Below are positions 38,290-53,695 of a DNA stretch of 64,000 bases, piece after piece. The stretch covers positions 31,682,001 to 31,746,000 of the forward strand of contig OZ024756.1 in NCBI GenBank assembly GCA_964016885.1, read 5' to 3'. The translations under genes were made by a program, and so were the position numbers. Every line of letters starts with the position of its first letter. The stretch's first letter is position 1. The notes under the pieces are model-generated. The model did not search any database. It was given only the letters and a program-made list of their open reading frames with translations, and was not told the origin of the DNA. The stretch is from Eledone cirrhosa (lineage: Eukaryota).

Positions 38290-38563
38290 GTGTTAGAGTG
38301 TCGGTCAAAATGAAAAAACAAAACAAAAAAAAACTACCTTTGCTGTAATTATTTTTACTGTACTTTACGCCCTGGCGCCTCAATCCCTTTGAGCCGATGT
38401 CACTTTCGGCATGGGTGGGGTGGTGGTAGATGAGAGTGGTCAATAAAACAAAGTGTCAGTCAAGTACTAAGGGGTCGATGTAATTGACTAACAACGCCCC
38501 AGCCCCCAAATTTCTGGCCACGTGACAATGTCAGGATTTGTTATTATTATTTATTTTTTAATA

Positions 38564-39036
38564 GGACGGTGGATTGGCAGAATCGGTAGAGCCTTGGACA
38601 TTCCGCTTTGCGGCATAGTGTTACAGCCCTTTACGTTCTGAGTTCAAATCATGCCGAAGTTAACTTTGCCTTTCATCCGTGCGGTGTCGATCAAATAAAG
38701 TACCAGTAACGCACTGGGGTCGATTTAATCAACTTTTTTTCTCGCCCCCAAAATTGCTGGCCTTTTGTCTAATTCAGAAATCATTATTATTTCCTTTTAT
38801 CATATTTTTTATGAAGTAACAGAGCGGTTGTATGGCAGAATCGGTAGAGCGTCCGCTAAAATGCTATGCGATGGCATTTGTTCCAGGTCTTTACATTTCC
38901 CAGTTCAAATCCTGCAGAGCTCAACTTTACCTTTTATCTTTTTGGGGGCTGATAAAATAAAGTAACAATGAAATACATACTCGATTTTCCCCTCCACACA
39001 AAATTGCAGGCCTTGAGCCTATATTAGAAATCATTA
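38564..39036 (+). mobile_element. Two older tRNA-derived SINE copies
   Basis: About 38564-38790 and 38823-39036, diverged versions of the dominant SINE. Confidence 0.8.
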
Positions 39037-39503
39037 ATTTTATCATGTATCTTTATGATATTATTTGCTATCACTTTCAAAATTCTTGTGTAGAATATTA
39101 AGTGTTTAAAATAATTATTTTTACATTATTAAATATTTAAAAAAAATCCTTTTCAATTTGTATGATGGTGAATTTTAGAAAGTAGTGTAACATCTGAATT
39201 CTGGGAAGACCTGAGAAGATCATGATCTGAAATAGTCAACAATAGGCTCAGAGAAGAATTGTTAAAAGCTTCCTATAAGTTGAATTTCCATTTGTCTGAG
39301 AGTGAACCGTTAGAATTCCGGATAAAATGCAATGAGGAAATTCAAGGAAGAGCCTGTTTTCTCTGCAGCTGGCTCCATTTCCTGTGACGAGAAACCTTCT
39401 TCCCCCACTGCACAACAATAAGGTTTACAGTTCTCCGCATAATCAACAAAAAATTCATAAACGAAGCATATATATATATATTATATATATATATAATATA
39501 CAC

Positions 39504-40116
39504 GTCAGGTCGTCACCAGTTGGTGTGCTACTGGTAACATGTATCCCAGTACAACCTGTCTCATGGTCGGGTCGTTGGCGACTAAACTGGCAACCCCACC
39601 AAGGTTTCTTGGTAAGGAGGGTGACATTGGACATCCTGCAGGACTAAAAACAAAACCTGTCAAAGGGCAAAGGAGCTCTTAAGAGTCAATGGCCATCCAA
39701 AATCACCGGGAGAGATGACCCCTTAGCCTTTGTCAAGGCAGAATTCTAGGAGAAGGAAAACTCTGATATAACACCTGCAACCCTGATGGTATCCAATGAT
39801 GTTGACTTGTTCTTCTTTTGGTAATATCATCTTGGTCAAGAGAGTGGGACAGGCTTTGTGCAGTGCCTTTGCTCACTATAAAAGCTTCACGGCACAGACA
39901 TTGCTTTATATCTGGAGATCTCTCTTTACTTGTCGTCACATGGTACCATGGCCCAGAACTATGTGTCAATAATTGTCACAAGTATAGTGTTTGTACCAGA
40001 GTTTTCAAGTCACTGGCTGGACCTAAAATGTCACACTCGTTCAGCGCATCGGTAGGGGTTCTCCTACATGGATATAAAGTAGTGACCGTACTCAAAAACG
40101 AGTTGGCAGCCACCAT
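39504..40116 (+). mobile_element. RTE-derived bipartite non-autonomous element (~610 bp), copy 1
   Basis: Colinear with 52367-52977 with the same ends; decayed C2H2 finger near the 3' end. Confidence 0.7.
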
Positions 40117-40124
40117 ATAAAATA

Positions 40125-40192
<68 letters not shown>

Positions 40193-40980
40193 GATATATT
40201 ATATATATTAAATTTCTACACTCGATGCACCAATATTGAGTGGTCATTCAGCTACGTATTTTAAACACATTCTACAACACACACACACACACACACCACA
40301 CACACATACACACACACACACACACACACATAGAGATATAAAAGATATAGAAGCGAAAACGAACCAAACAGTGAGTGTGTTCTGTTATTATTTCTGGCAA
40401 TATTATTATAACAATATGACCCTCCCCAAGTATAACAATATTTGTTTCGACACACGATTTCATATCAAAAACCTTGCAAAATAAATTCATATATATATAT
40501 ATTATACGTATATATACATATATATAAATACATAAATATATAAATACATAAATATATAGAAATATACATCGCACTAAGATTTGATTAATAATTCAAGGAG
40601 ATTAATTATGCATCCAATCGTGACAGTCCAACATGAAACCGGTATGTTGTAATATGAACGAGACAATGTATAGAAGACTTAAACAAGAGTAGCTGTCAAT
40701 CACAAGTGCAGACAGAAAATTAACACACATACATATTTAATAATGTCCCCTCCTCCGTTTACAGTGTGACAATCATATCTCTGATGGAAACATAGTTTCA
40801 TGCTAAAGGCAGACAGGCGTATATAAATATACACGCACATACATCAACGCACCCCTATATACAACGAGAAATACACACCTACACAAATATATATACTGTA
40901 CGCCTGTGTACATATATGTATGTACTTATACATGCTTATATTTAAGTATCAGCCGTACTAAGAGTGAGAAATGAAATTTC

Positions 40981-41203
<223 letters not shown>

Positions 41204-41216
41204 CTACACAAATATA

Positions 41217-41253
<37 letters not shown>

Positions 41254-41606
41254 AATTAATAAAAATAATGAATAAAAACAAAGAAACAGTTCCTTATATT
41301 AAACAATTCATCATTTTACGATCGTTTCTAGGATATATATGTGTGTGTTGGTATGTATATCATATAGATCTATGTAAAATTTTTACAAACTATCAGAGGG
41401 AATATACATACTACATATATATATGCTGTCTTCAGAAATAATTATTTCTGAAGACAAACACACATACAGATCCCACACACAAACATATAGATAGAAACAC
41501 AGAACAATATATAGATAAACACACACACGTACACACTGGCGATCAGCGATTTTTAGACACACCGGACTAATGAAAAAATTGTTAATACTTTGAATAAACT
41601 CTATTG

Positions 41607-41806
41607 NNNNNNNNNNNNNNNNNNNNNNNNNNNNNNNNNNNNNNNNNNNNNNNNNNNNNNNNNNNNNNNNNNNNNNNNNNNNNNNNNNNNNNNNNNNNNN
41701 NNNNNNNNNNNNNNNNNNNNNNNNNNNNNNNNNNNNNNNNNNNNNNNNNNNNNNNNNNNNNNNNNNNNNNNNNNNNNNNNNNNNNNNNNNNNNNNNNNNN
41801 NNNNNN
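41607..41806. other. Assembly gap (200 N)
   Basis: Run of N. Confidence 1.
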
Positions 41807-41900
<94 letters not shown>

Positions 41901-41912
41901 AATATAAATTTC

Positions 41913-42137
<225 letters not shown>

Positions 42138-42146
42138 CTACACAAA

Positions 42147-42188
<42 letters not shown>

Positions 42189-42595
42189 AATTAATAAAAA
42201 TAATGAATAAAAACAAAGAAACAGTTCCTTATATTAAACAATTCATCATTTTACGATCGTTTCTAGGATATATATGTGTGTGTTGGTATGTATATCATAT
42301 AGATCTATGTAAAATTTTTACAAACTATCAGAGGGAATATACATACTACATATATATATGCTGTCTTCAGAAATAATTATTTCTGAAGACAAACACACAT
42401 ACAGATCCACACACAAACATATAGATAGAAACACAGAACAATATATAGATAAACACACACACGTACACACTGGCGATCAGCGATTTTTAGACACACCGGA
42501 CTAATGAAAAAATTGTTAATACTTTGAATAAACTCTATTGTAAAGCCGGCCACGTTATTCTTCATTCTTTTACTATTATTACTTTAAGAACAAAA

Positions 42596-42787
42596 GGCAG
42601 TGGATTGGCAGTATCGGTAGAGGGTCGGACGCCATGCTTTGACGTATAGAGTTACGGCCCTTGCCATTCTGAGTTCAAATCCCGCCGAGGTTCACTTTGC
42701 CTTTCATCCTTACGGGGTCGATAAAATAAAGTATCAGTAATGCACTGGGTAATTGCTGGCCTTGTGCCAAACGTAGAAACAATTATT
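42596..42787 (+). mobile_element. tRNA-derived SINE with 17-bp TSD
   Basis: ATTATTACTTTAAGAAC at 42575-42591 and 42782-42798. Confidence 0.9.
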
Positions 42788-43131
42788 ACTTTAAGAACCG
42801 CCTACCTAGGAACTTTCTTAAATCGACCACCCGACTAAGGAAACTTCTTGTTGAGTCAACGAACGCCGAACGTTAAAACTATCCTCGATACAGAGTACTC
42901 ATAACCTCTACTTGGATTCCCTTAAACGATATCTTGTTAACACACACACACACACACACACACACGCATATATATATATATATATATATATAGATATAGA
43001 TATATAGATAGATATAGATATAATAATAATAAAAAATGTGACGACTAAAATCCGAAGAGGGTTCGATAAGGATTATATATATATATAAATATATATAAAA
43101 ACCGTAGAGCATATATTTATTAAAACAACAG

Positions 43132-43203
<72 letters not shown>

Positions 43204-43207
43204 CACA

Positions 43208-43306
43208 CAGAGGGTGTCCCAAAAATATATACACACTTTGATTACCTGTACAGGCAATATTTATTACAATGTTGTCAAAGTATGTAGTACAATTTTTTGG
43301 AGAGAC

Positions 43307-43310
<4 letters not shown>
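43208..43310. mobile_element. Small Tc1/mariner-like MITE
   Basis: Imperfect TIRs CAGAGGGTGTCCCAAAAA...CACTTTGA / TCAAAGT...TTTTTGGAGAGACTCTG followed by TA. Confidence 0.55.
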
Positions 43311-43393
<83 letters not shown>

Positions 43394-43689
43394 AATAAAT
43401 ATATATATATCTCTATCTTCAATGTTCAGTTCATGTGTGTATATATGTCTGTGTCTGTGAGTGTGAGTCTCTCTGTCTGTGTGTATGTGTGTGAGTGTGT
43501 CTAAATATGTGTGTACATCTGAGTGTAAAAGTGTTTGTATTTATGAAGTTTGGTTGTGATGAGATTATATAATTATGTATTCATGTATAAAAGGTTAGAA
43601 ATTCAATTCAGATAACATCACATAAATTAAAACCAAATACTACTAAAGTGGAGATTGTATTTTCACAGCTTCTCATTTATCAATCGAAT

Positions 43690-43950
43690 CTCTTCTTCTT
43701 CTTCTTCTTCTTCTTCTTCTTCTTCTTCTTCTTCTTCTTCTTCTTCTCCTTCTTCTTCTTCTTCTTCTTCTTCTTCTTCTTCTTCTTCTTCTTCTTCTTC
43801 TTCTTCTCCTCCTCCTCCTCCTCCCCCTCCTCCTTCTTCTTCTTCTTCTTCTTCTTCTTCTTCTTCTTCTTCTTCTTCTTCTTCTTCTTCTTCTTCTTCT
43901 TCTTCTTCTTCTTCTTCTTCTTCTTCTCCTTCTTCTTCTTCTTCTTCTTT
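43690..43950. repeat. (TTC/TCC)n microsatellite
   Basis: Directly visible. Confidence 0.95.
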
Positions 43951-44072
43951 ATCCAACCAATGAAGATGTTATAACCTAGAATGGTAAATCATGGAGAAAA
44001 GGTTTTAGACAGTTGGTGCCTTTCTTGACCTCATATCAACACAAAACATACTAGCATCGCTTCTTCAAAACA

Positions 44073-44152
<80 letters not shown>

Positions 44153-44385
44153 GAATGTATATGCATATATATATACATATATATATATATATCTATATAT
44201 ATATACATGAATGTATATGCATATATATGTGTATATATATACATATGTATATACACATATACATACATAGTCATATATATATACATATACATATATATAT
44301 ATATATATATATACATATATAGATATTTATGTACATACACACATGTATATATATGTTTGTGCGTGTGTGAGTGTGTATATGTACT

Positions 44386-44466
<81 letters not shown>

Positions 44467-44929
44467 TCCCTACACACGTTATCTCAAACAGTGATCACTA
44501 GTCGCTAAGCCAGTAAAAAGCTTAAGGCTTTTCAAATATTTCCTTGTAGAGATCTAATAACTAATTAAATAAATAATATTTAATAAATAAAATAAAAATG
44601 ACAAAAAAATTTTGAATTAATATTTAAAAAATAAACAAAATGATTCGTGATATTTTTAACTATATTTGATGATGAAATATATGGTTTGTTTAGATTGACC
44701 CCTGTCACCTCTCCCAAAACAATATTAAACACCAACAACAAAAGCATTCTAACAACATACTCAACAATAAAAAAAACAAAAAAAAAACAATAGCAGCAAC
44801 AAAATCAATAAAACCAACCAAAACAATACAAAAAAAGGAAAGGATCGATCGACTTTCGTCAAATCGGACCGAGGAAACAGTGTTTCCGTTGGTCTTTCCA
44901 GTTGCTAATACTATCTATCAGTCGCAACT

Positions 44930-45056
44930 CCAGGTAGACGGAGCAACGTGAAATAAAGTGTCTTGCTCAAGGACATAACGCATCGCCCGGTCCAGGAATC
45001 GAACTCACAACCTCACGATTGCGAATCTAGTTCTCTAACCACTCAGCCACACGCCT
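44930..45056 (-). mobile_element. tRNA-headed CORE-type SINE
   Basis: Minus strand GGCGTGTGGCTGAGTGGTTAG...GAGTTCGATTCC then TGTCCTTGAGCAAGACACTT (CORE-like motif). Confidence 0.75.
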
Positions 45057-45097
45057 TGACAATACAAAAAAATCCGCCCAAAAACTCATCAACAAAA

Positions 45098-45180
45098 ACA
45101 ATAATGATTTCTAGTATAGGCACAAGGCCATTAATATGGGGGAGGGGAAAGTCGATTAAATCGACCCCAGTACGTTACTG

Positions 45181-45259
<79 letters not shown>

Positions 45260-45306
45260 CACTACCACCACTACTACTACTACTTCTACTACAAATAATA
45301 CTACCG

Positions 45307-45376
<70 letters not shown>

Positions 45377-45414
45377 CACTACTACTACTACTTCTACTAC
45401 AAATAATACTACCG

Positions 45415-45470
<56 letters not shown>

Positions 45471-45581
45471 ATAATAATAATTGTTTCTATTTTAGGCACA
45501 AGGCCCGCAATAACCCAGTACATTACTGGTACTTTATTTTATCGACCCTGTAAGGATGAAAGGCAAAGTTAACCTCGGCGA
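45098..45581 (-). mobile_element. Two SINE 3' fragments separated by a (TAC)n expansion
   Basis: SINE ends at ~45098-45172 and ~45470-45581; (TAC)n at 45176-45470. Confidence 0.75.
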
Positions 45582-46061
45582 AATATTTTACACGAATTTT
45601 TCAATTATTACTTAGTGGTTTTATATTTATTTTGACAATGTCCTCTAAACGACGAAATATATACTGTATTTCTGGTGTTCAAAGAGATTTTATTCAGCAC
45701 TGTCAGAGTCATTGAAACATCGGATATAAAGTTTTATGGTATTCTCTGAGTTAACCCCCCCCCCCCCCCACACACACCAGAGTGAAATTTGCTATTCATC
45801 TTTTCGCGGTCGATAAAATGTACCAGTCAAATACTGTAGTAGATTCTTTCCACACCCTCTCTCTTCCTTCCTCTCACGCACACCCTTTCTCCCTCCCTAT
45901 CTCTCTCTCCTTCTCTGAAGGAAATTGGTAGTGTTCAGACCGGGAGTGGGAATAACCTCCGCCAGGTTTAAAAACTGTATAAGACACACTGTAAGCAACT
46001 ACGATGTACCTACGATCATATCAAGCGAGACGACTCCATACATACGTAGATAAATACATAC

Positions 46062-46662
46062 GGCAGTATCAGTACAGAGTCGGACACCATGCTTTGCAGA
46101 ATAGAGTTACGCCCCTTTACAGTCTGAGTTCAAATCCCGCCGAAGTTAACTTAGCCTTTCATCCTTACGAGGTCGATAAAATAAAGTACCAGTAATACTC
46201 TGGGTTAATTGCTGGCCTTGTGCCAAAAGTAGAAACAATTATTATTATTATTATTGTTATCATTATTATTAGGTCGGTGGATTGGCAGTATCGGTAGAGG
46301 GTCGGACGCCATGCTTTCCAGCATAGAGTTACGTCCCTTTACGATCTGAGTTCAAATCCCGCCGAGGTTGACTTTGCCTTTCATCCTTACGGGGTCGATA
46401 AAATAAAGTACCAGTAATGCACTGGGGTAATTGCTGGCCTTGTGCCAAAAGTAGAAACAATTATTATTAGGGCGGTGGATTGGCAGTACCGGTAGAGGGT
46501 CGGACGCCATGCTTTGCAACATAGAGTTAGGCCCCTTTACGTTCTCAGTTCAAATCCGGCCGAGGTTGACTTTGCCTTTCATCCCTACGGGGTCGATAAA
46601 ATAAAGTACGAATAATGCACTGGATAATTGCTGGCCTTGTGCCAAAAGTAGAAGCAATTATT
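46062..46662 (+). mobile_element. Three tandem tRNA-derived SINEs (mutually diverged)
   Basis: Copies at ~46062-46270, 46272-46469 and 46471-46662, each starting right after the (ATT)n tail of the previous one. Confidence 0.9.
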
Positions 46663-46980
46663 TTACATTCCTCCAATCTTCCCACCAGACAGAAATTAAT
46701 GAGTTGTATATGTAATGCAAAGTTTCAGCATTAGTCACGCACAGTGTCTCGATGAATCTCCCTGAGAACTATGATAAATGAGCAAGCTGGTCTGTTTATT
46801 CTACGAGCAGGCTGTTTCGCTGTGCTAGAACAAAATCGACGGAAGCTGATCACACATACTCAGTCAGTATCTACGTATTGGTCCTTCGTCGGTTGCAATG
46901 ATGAGCGTTTCAGATAATATGATCAACGAATCAGTCTGCTTGTGAAATTGATATGCAAATTCGGACCATTCTACTCGCCC

Positions 46981-47016
<36 letters not shown>

Positions 47017-47076
47017 CATACGCGCACACATACGCGCTCACATACGCGCACACTTACATGCACACACACACACACA

Positions 47077-47167
<91 letters not shown>

Positions 47168-47406
47168 GTATTGGCTCATACATAAATATTTCAGTAGATA
47201 GGTGTATTAAAACAAATGTTGATGTGCATTGGAATACCTGTGTGTGTGTGTATGTGCGTGTGCGTGCATGTTTATGTGTGCGTGTGTGTGTATATGTGTA
47301 TATGTGTGTGTGTGTGTGTGTCTGGGTGGATACATGGATGCAGTTTTATAACATGATTTATTTCCGATAAGTTTACCAAAGGATTTTTCAATACTTCTGT
47401 TTGTTT

Positions 47407-47463
<57 letters not shown>

Positions 47464-47698
47464 TACACACACACACTCATACATGCATACATGCACACAT
47501 ACACATATGGAGAGAGAGAGAAATAGAGAGAGAGAGATGGAAGATGAACATGTTTAAGTGCTTATGTATATAAAAATGTATTAATGTTTTTGTGTATGTA
47601 GTTACACATACATAACCTTACAGAATAACACCCACACTCCATCACACACACACACAGACACAAACACTCATATATATGTATATATCTATCTATCTCTT

Positions 47699-47758
<60 letters not shown>

Positions 47759-47829
47759 CTCTCTCTCTATATATATATACATGTATATACACACATATCT
47801 GTGTTTGCGTTTGTGAGATAGGAGTGAAT

Positions 47830-47978
<149 letters not shown>

Positions 47979-48105
47979 ATATATACACATATATATATAT
48001 ATGTATGTATGTGTGAATATGTGTGTGTGTGTGTGTATGTATATGTGTGTGTGCGTATACGTGCGGAAGTGGTTGTGTATATGTATAAGTTCACTTTTAT
48101 TCTTT

Positions 48106-48140
<35 letters not shown>

Positions 48141-48410
48141 TTGAAACTATATTTGAAAATATTTGATTTGACAAAACAAACAAAACTACTAGAAAAACAA
48201 AACAAAAACCAACAACGACGACGACAAGAACAGCAGCAACAACAACAACAACAACAACAATAACAATGACTACCCAAAGCGACTATACAAACATATATCA
48301 AGCAGAGAAATTATATAACATGTATGTATATAAGTATGTTTGTACGTTTGTATTTATGTATGTATATTAATATATTTATATATATATACACGCACACACA
48401 CACACACACA

Positions 48411-48495
<85 letters not shown>

Positions 48496-48553
48496 GTATA
48501 TATACATACATATATACATACATATACACCTGCACACAGCCCCCCCCCATATA

Positions 48554-48609
<56 letters not shown>

Positions 48610-48719
48610 ACACACACACACACACATATACATATGTATATATATATATGTATATAAATATATATATATATATTTATATGTATATATACATATTTGTATA
48701 TATATATATATACATATGG

Positions 48720-48750
<31 letters not shown>

Positions 48751-48784
48751 CATATGCTTATATATATATACATATGCTTATATA

Positions 48785-48817
<33 letters not shown>

Positions 48818-49362
48818 GTATGTATACATATGTATATATATATATATATGTATATATATGTATATATATGTATATATACATATATGTATATAAATATCCA
48901 GACATTGTAAAGAAGAGAGGCAGTTTATGTTTGATGTGAAAAACACGACCCCCCCCCTTTCCACAAAAACAACATCAACAACAAAAAAAGTACAACAAGT
49001 AAAACAACAACAACAACAAAAGATAATAGAACAACCTGTGATCCGCTTGTTTCATGTGATGAGGCTATGTGAAGCAATGCCTCGTAAATATGAACAAAAA
49101 GGTACAACAATATGTATATAGAGACAACAACAACAACAACAACAACAACAGCAACTGCAATGACAATGGCGAGAAACGTTATAGTCGTATTGGAGATAGG
49201 GGGAGAGAGGCTGAGTGTATGGAGGAGAGAGGGGGAGTGAGAAAGAGAGGGGGGAGTGAGAAAGAGGGGGAGTGAGTGAGAGGTAGTGATAGAGACAGTG
49301 AGAGCGATAGAGAGAATGCGAGGGTGGGAGAGAGAGAGAGAGAGTTAGAGTGATAGAAAGAG

Positions 49363-49398
<36 letters not shown>

Positions 49399-49769
49399 CT
49401 ATATATATATATATATAGAGAGAGAGAGACAGGAAGAAGGAGAGAGAGGAAGAGTGTGAGAGAGGAGGAGAGTGATTTAGTGAGAGCCACTGGTTCTGGA
49501 ATTCGAACTCCATGAGTCGAACGCTCTAACAACTAAACCACGCGTATACCTCACACGTCGATTCTTTCTTTCTTTTTTTCAGTAGATTACTGGTACTTTA
49601 TTTTATCGATCCAGTAGGGATGAAAGGCAAAGTTAACATCGAATGAGCGGGAACTACCAATACAATATCAATGTCAAGAAGAAAAACGAATTACAATATT
49701 GTGTCTAACTGAGAAATTCAAATCAAACTTTCCAGTTGTTGTCTTCCTGTTTCTTCTACAACAACTACA

Positions 49770-50073
49770 ACGGTACGCGATGGGGCCCACCCACAGTCCC
49801 GGCGGACAGAATGGAGAAGGCGTTTCCTCGGAGGACGGCAAAGGAGACGCGCTGGAAAAGCCACTCCAACTCGCGGGGCTCACACCTGCGGCTGGCCAGC
49901 TCAGCGCCTATGGTGGTGAGTAAGGAGGTAGCCCTGGGGCCTAGGACACCAGAAGTCTCGACTGCCAAGGGTACGACCACAAACCTGTCGAAGAGCGACC
50001 GGTATTTGAGGAGTTTGGCCCCTTCAGCCCGACGTGCAGCAGAACCTGGGTCAGTCGCAGGCTGCACCAGGTT
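49770..50073 (-). mobile_element. 3' fragment of CRE-like (RLE) non-LTR retrotransposon
   Basis: AARRAEGAKLLKY..FVVVPLAVETSGVLGP..LFQRVSFAVLRGNAFSIL is the typical CRE-clade endonuclease C-terminus. Confidence 0.75.
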
Positions 50074-50269
50074 ATATCTCCTTTTCACTTCAATTCTTTC
50101 AATATCTCTTCTCTGGAAGAGGAGATAACTGTGTTTATGTCTTTAGCGGGATTCGCCCCCGTCTGGTTTTAAATTAGCTGAAGACAATATTGTGAGTTAC
50201 AGGTCCACACATACAAAACCTGTCAGTACTGTGTGTGAATGTGTGTATGTGTGTGAATGTGTGTGTGTG

Positions 50270-50315
<46 letters not shown>

Positions 50316-50728
50316 TGTGTGAGTGTGTGAGTATGTGTGTGAGTATGTGAGTATATGCGACGATGTGTATGTAAATATGTATGTATACGTATGTGTGTAT
50401 TTTATGTGCTTTGCTGTTTCTATGAGTGAGTGAATCTGAATGCGTACGTGTGGTTGGTGATGTGTGTACGTTCGTGTGTAAATATTTATGCATGCTTCTA
50501 TGTGGGTATGAGCTCATGTGTGGTGTTGTGTATGTAGCGGTCCCTGCATGTATGTGTGTATTGTATGTTTCTGTTGCTTGTGTGAGTGAGTGTGTGTGTG
50601 TGTGTATGTGCATATGTGTATGATGATATGTGTATGTTCGTGTGTAAATATTTATGCATGCTTATATGTACGTATGCGTTCATGACTGGTGTTATGTTTA
50701 TTGTATGTATGTATGTATGTGTGTGTGA

Positions 50729-50814
<86 letters not shown>

Positions 50815-51289
50815 GTGTGCATATGTGTCATATTATTAAAGTCTTTGTACTTTCTACACTCTAAACTATTGCTTTACTTTATTAGTTTTCTTATTAGTTT
50901 AGTTGTTGCTATTGTTGTCGTTGTTATCATCATCATCATCAGTAGTAGTTGTAGTAGTAGTAGTAGTTTTAATATTAGGAAGCTCGAATGAAGTCAATGA
51001 AATCACACACGTAGAAAATTACATTAGAATAATTACTTTAGAAGGATTGGAAAATAAATACCGGGAGAGAGCCATTTTTGTTTTCGTCTTCTACAAATTA
51101 ATTAGGGAACACTAGAAAATTCACCACCGCCATTACTAAAAGTCCCTTAAAAAATGACTACTGTTCTCGCTTGATAAGGAAGCAATTAGATGCAGGATGG
51201 AGATTAAGACGTAACTGATAGAGGAAAGATGATAATGATAAAAACAGCCCTTTCTGATGGGGGTGGAGTTGGGGGTGGGGGAATTTGAG

Positions 51290-51342
<53 letters not shown>

Positions 51343-51579
51343 TAAATAATACATAATATAACAGTAAAATAAAATGAAAACAATTCACAAAAGATAATTT
51401 GCATGACTACGAAAATATGTCCAATGAAATAAAGGTCACGAAACTATAGCTAAACAGAAGATGAATTTCAGGATGAAGTGAAAAATATGAAAATACAACT
51501 AATCAGGTAAAGCAAAATAAGACTAACACATGGTCTATATCTAGGAAATACTGAACAGAGTTTGTGTGTAGATGCAGGT

Positions 51580-52001
51580 ATGACTATGTAAGTAAGAAGG
51601 TCGCTTCTCAATCGAGTTCGAGTTGATCCAGGATCAAGTCAGCCCATTGTCATGGCTAGATCGCTTCTCAATCCAGTTGATCCAAGATCAAGTCAGCCCA
51701 TTGTGATGGCTATATAAGTAATGAGATCGCTTCTCAATCGAGTTGATCCAGGATTAAGTCAGCCGATTGTAATGGTTATGTAAGTAAGAAGATCGCTTCT
51801 CAATCCAGTTGATCCAGGATTAAGTCAGCCCATTGTGATGGCTATATAAGTAATGAGATCGCTTCTCAATCCAGTTGATCTAGGATTACGTCAGCCCATT
51901 GTGATGATTATGTAAGTAAGGAGATCGCTTCTCAATCGAGTTCATCCAGGATTAAGTTAGCCCATTGTCATGGCTATGTTAGTAAGGAGATCGCTTCTCA
52001 C
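51580..52001. repeat. 66-bp minisatellite x ~6.3
   Basis: TCGCTTCTCA recurs at 51601, 51661, 51727, 51793, 51859, 51925 and 51991. Confidence 0.95.
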
Positions 52002-52238
52002 CTCTCTCCACGCCACCAATATTGTCAAGGGGAAAAGCAATCATGATACAGCTTGGTATAAATGTCTTCGCAGCTCATCTTTTCCCAGAGTCATAGGATC
52101 CGGAAAGGCCTTATTTACGATTGTTAGCCTAACACACTAACCATAAAGTCATACGCCTTCAGTAGTGGGATGTAGGAGGGACTACCGAGTAGATTATGAA
52201 ACTAAAAAAAAACGAAATAGTAAAAAGCAAGATAAAAC

Positions 52239-52269
<31 letters not shown>

Positions 52270-52366
52270 TGTATGTATGTATGTATGTATGTATGTATGT
52301 ATGTATGTATGTATGTATGTATGTATGTATGTGTGTATGTGTGTATGTATGTATGTATGTATGTAT

Positions 52367-52977
52367 GTCAGGTCACCAGTTGGTGCTACTGGTAACATGT
52401 ATCCCAGTACGACCTGTCTCATGGTCGGGTCGTTGGCAACTAAACTGGCAACCCCACCAAGGTTTCTTGGTGAGGAGGGTGACTTTGAACATCCTGCAGG
52501 ACTAAAAACAAAACATGTCAAAGGGCAAAGGAGATCTTAAGAGTCAATGGCCATCTAAAATCACCGGGAGAGATGACCCCTTAGCCTTTGTCAAGGCAGA
52601 ATTCTAGGAGAAGGAAAAACTCTGATATAACACCTGCAACCCTGATGGAATCCAATGATGTTGACTTGTTCTTCTTTTTGGTAAATATCATCTTGGTTAA
52701 GAGAGTGGGACTGGCTTTGTGCAGTGCCTTTGCTCACTATAAAAGCTTCACGCCACAGGCATTGCTTTATATCTGGAGATCTCTCTGCACTTGTCGTTAC
52801 ATGGTAACATAGGCCCAGCACTATGTGTCAATAATTGTCACAAGTGTAGTGTTTGTACCAGAGTTTTCAAGTCGCTGGCTGGACTAAAAAGTCACACTCG
52901 TTCAGCGCATCGGTAGAGGTTCTCCTACATGGGTATAAAGTAGTGGCCGTACTTGATAACGAGTTGGCAGCCACCAT
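52367..52977 (+). mobile_element. RTE-derived bipartite non-autonomous element, copy 2, in (ATGT)n
   Basis: RTE-like 5'UTR motifs (AACTGGCAACCCC, CTAGGAGAAGGAAAA..CTCTGA) fused to a 3' end encoding CSVCTRVFKSLAGLKSHTRSAH* (C2H2, 52845-52916). Confidence 0.7.
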
Positions 52978-53272
52978 GTATGTATGTTCTTCTGGTTTTA
53001 TAATTTCACAAATTTTTACCAATAGAGAGAGAGTCGGTTTCTAACATAGACACAAGACTCTCTCATTGGTATTTACACAACATCAACTAGGTAGATATGT
53101 ATGTCTGTCTGCATGCATGTGTAGATATGGATGTTATTGTATGTGTGGATGTGGATGTTTTGAGTTGTATGTATGTATGTATGTATGTATGTATGTATGT
53201 ATGTATGTATGTATGTATGTATGTATATATGTATGTATGTATGCATGTATGTATGTATGTATGTGTATATGT

Positions 53273-53327
<55 letters not shown>

Positions 53328-53594
53328 ATCATCATCATCATCATCATCATCATCTTTGTTTAACGCCTATCTAACGCTAGCATGGGTTAAACGGGAGTTG
53401 TCCCACTTGAGACAAGATTGGTCGGGTGAACGTGTCTTGCTCATATAGGACTATCTGGCAGGTTTTCTACAGCTGTATGCCCTTCCTAACACCAACCACA
53501 TTTACAGTGTGGAACTGGGAACTTTTTACCGTGTTACCTACACGACCCCATTACAGCGTGGACTGTGTGTTTTTTTATGTCGTGACACCTACAC

Positions 53595-53695
<101 letters not shown>

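Noticed and set aside
44980-45056. tRNA gene
   Set aside because: A and B boxes continue into a CORE-like body; this is a SINE head.
51580-52001. CRISPR-like periodicity
   Set aside because: The whole 66-bp unit repeats with no unique spacers; eukaryotic context; no cas genes.
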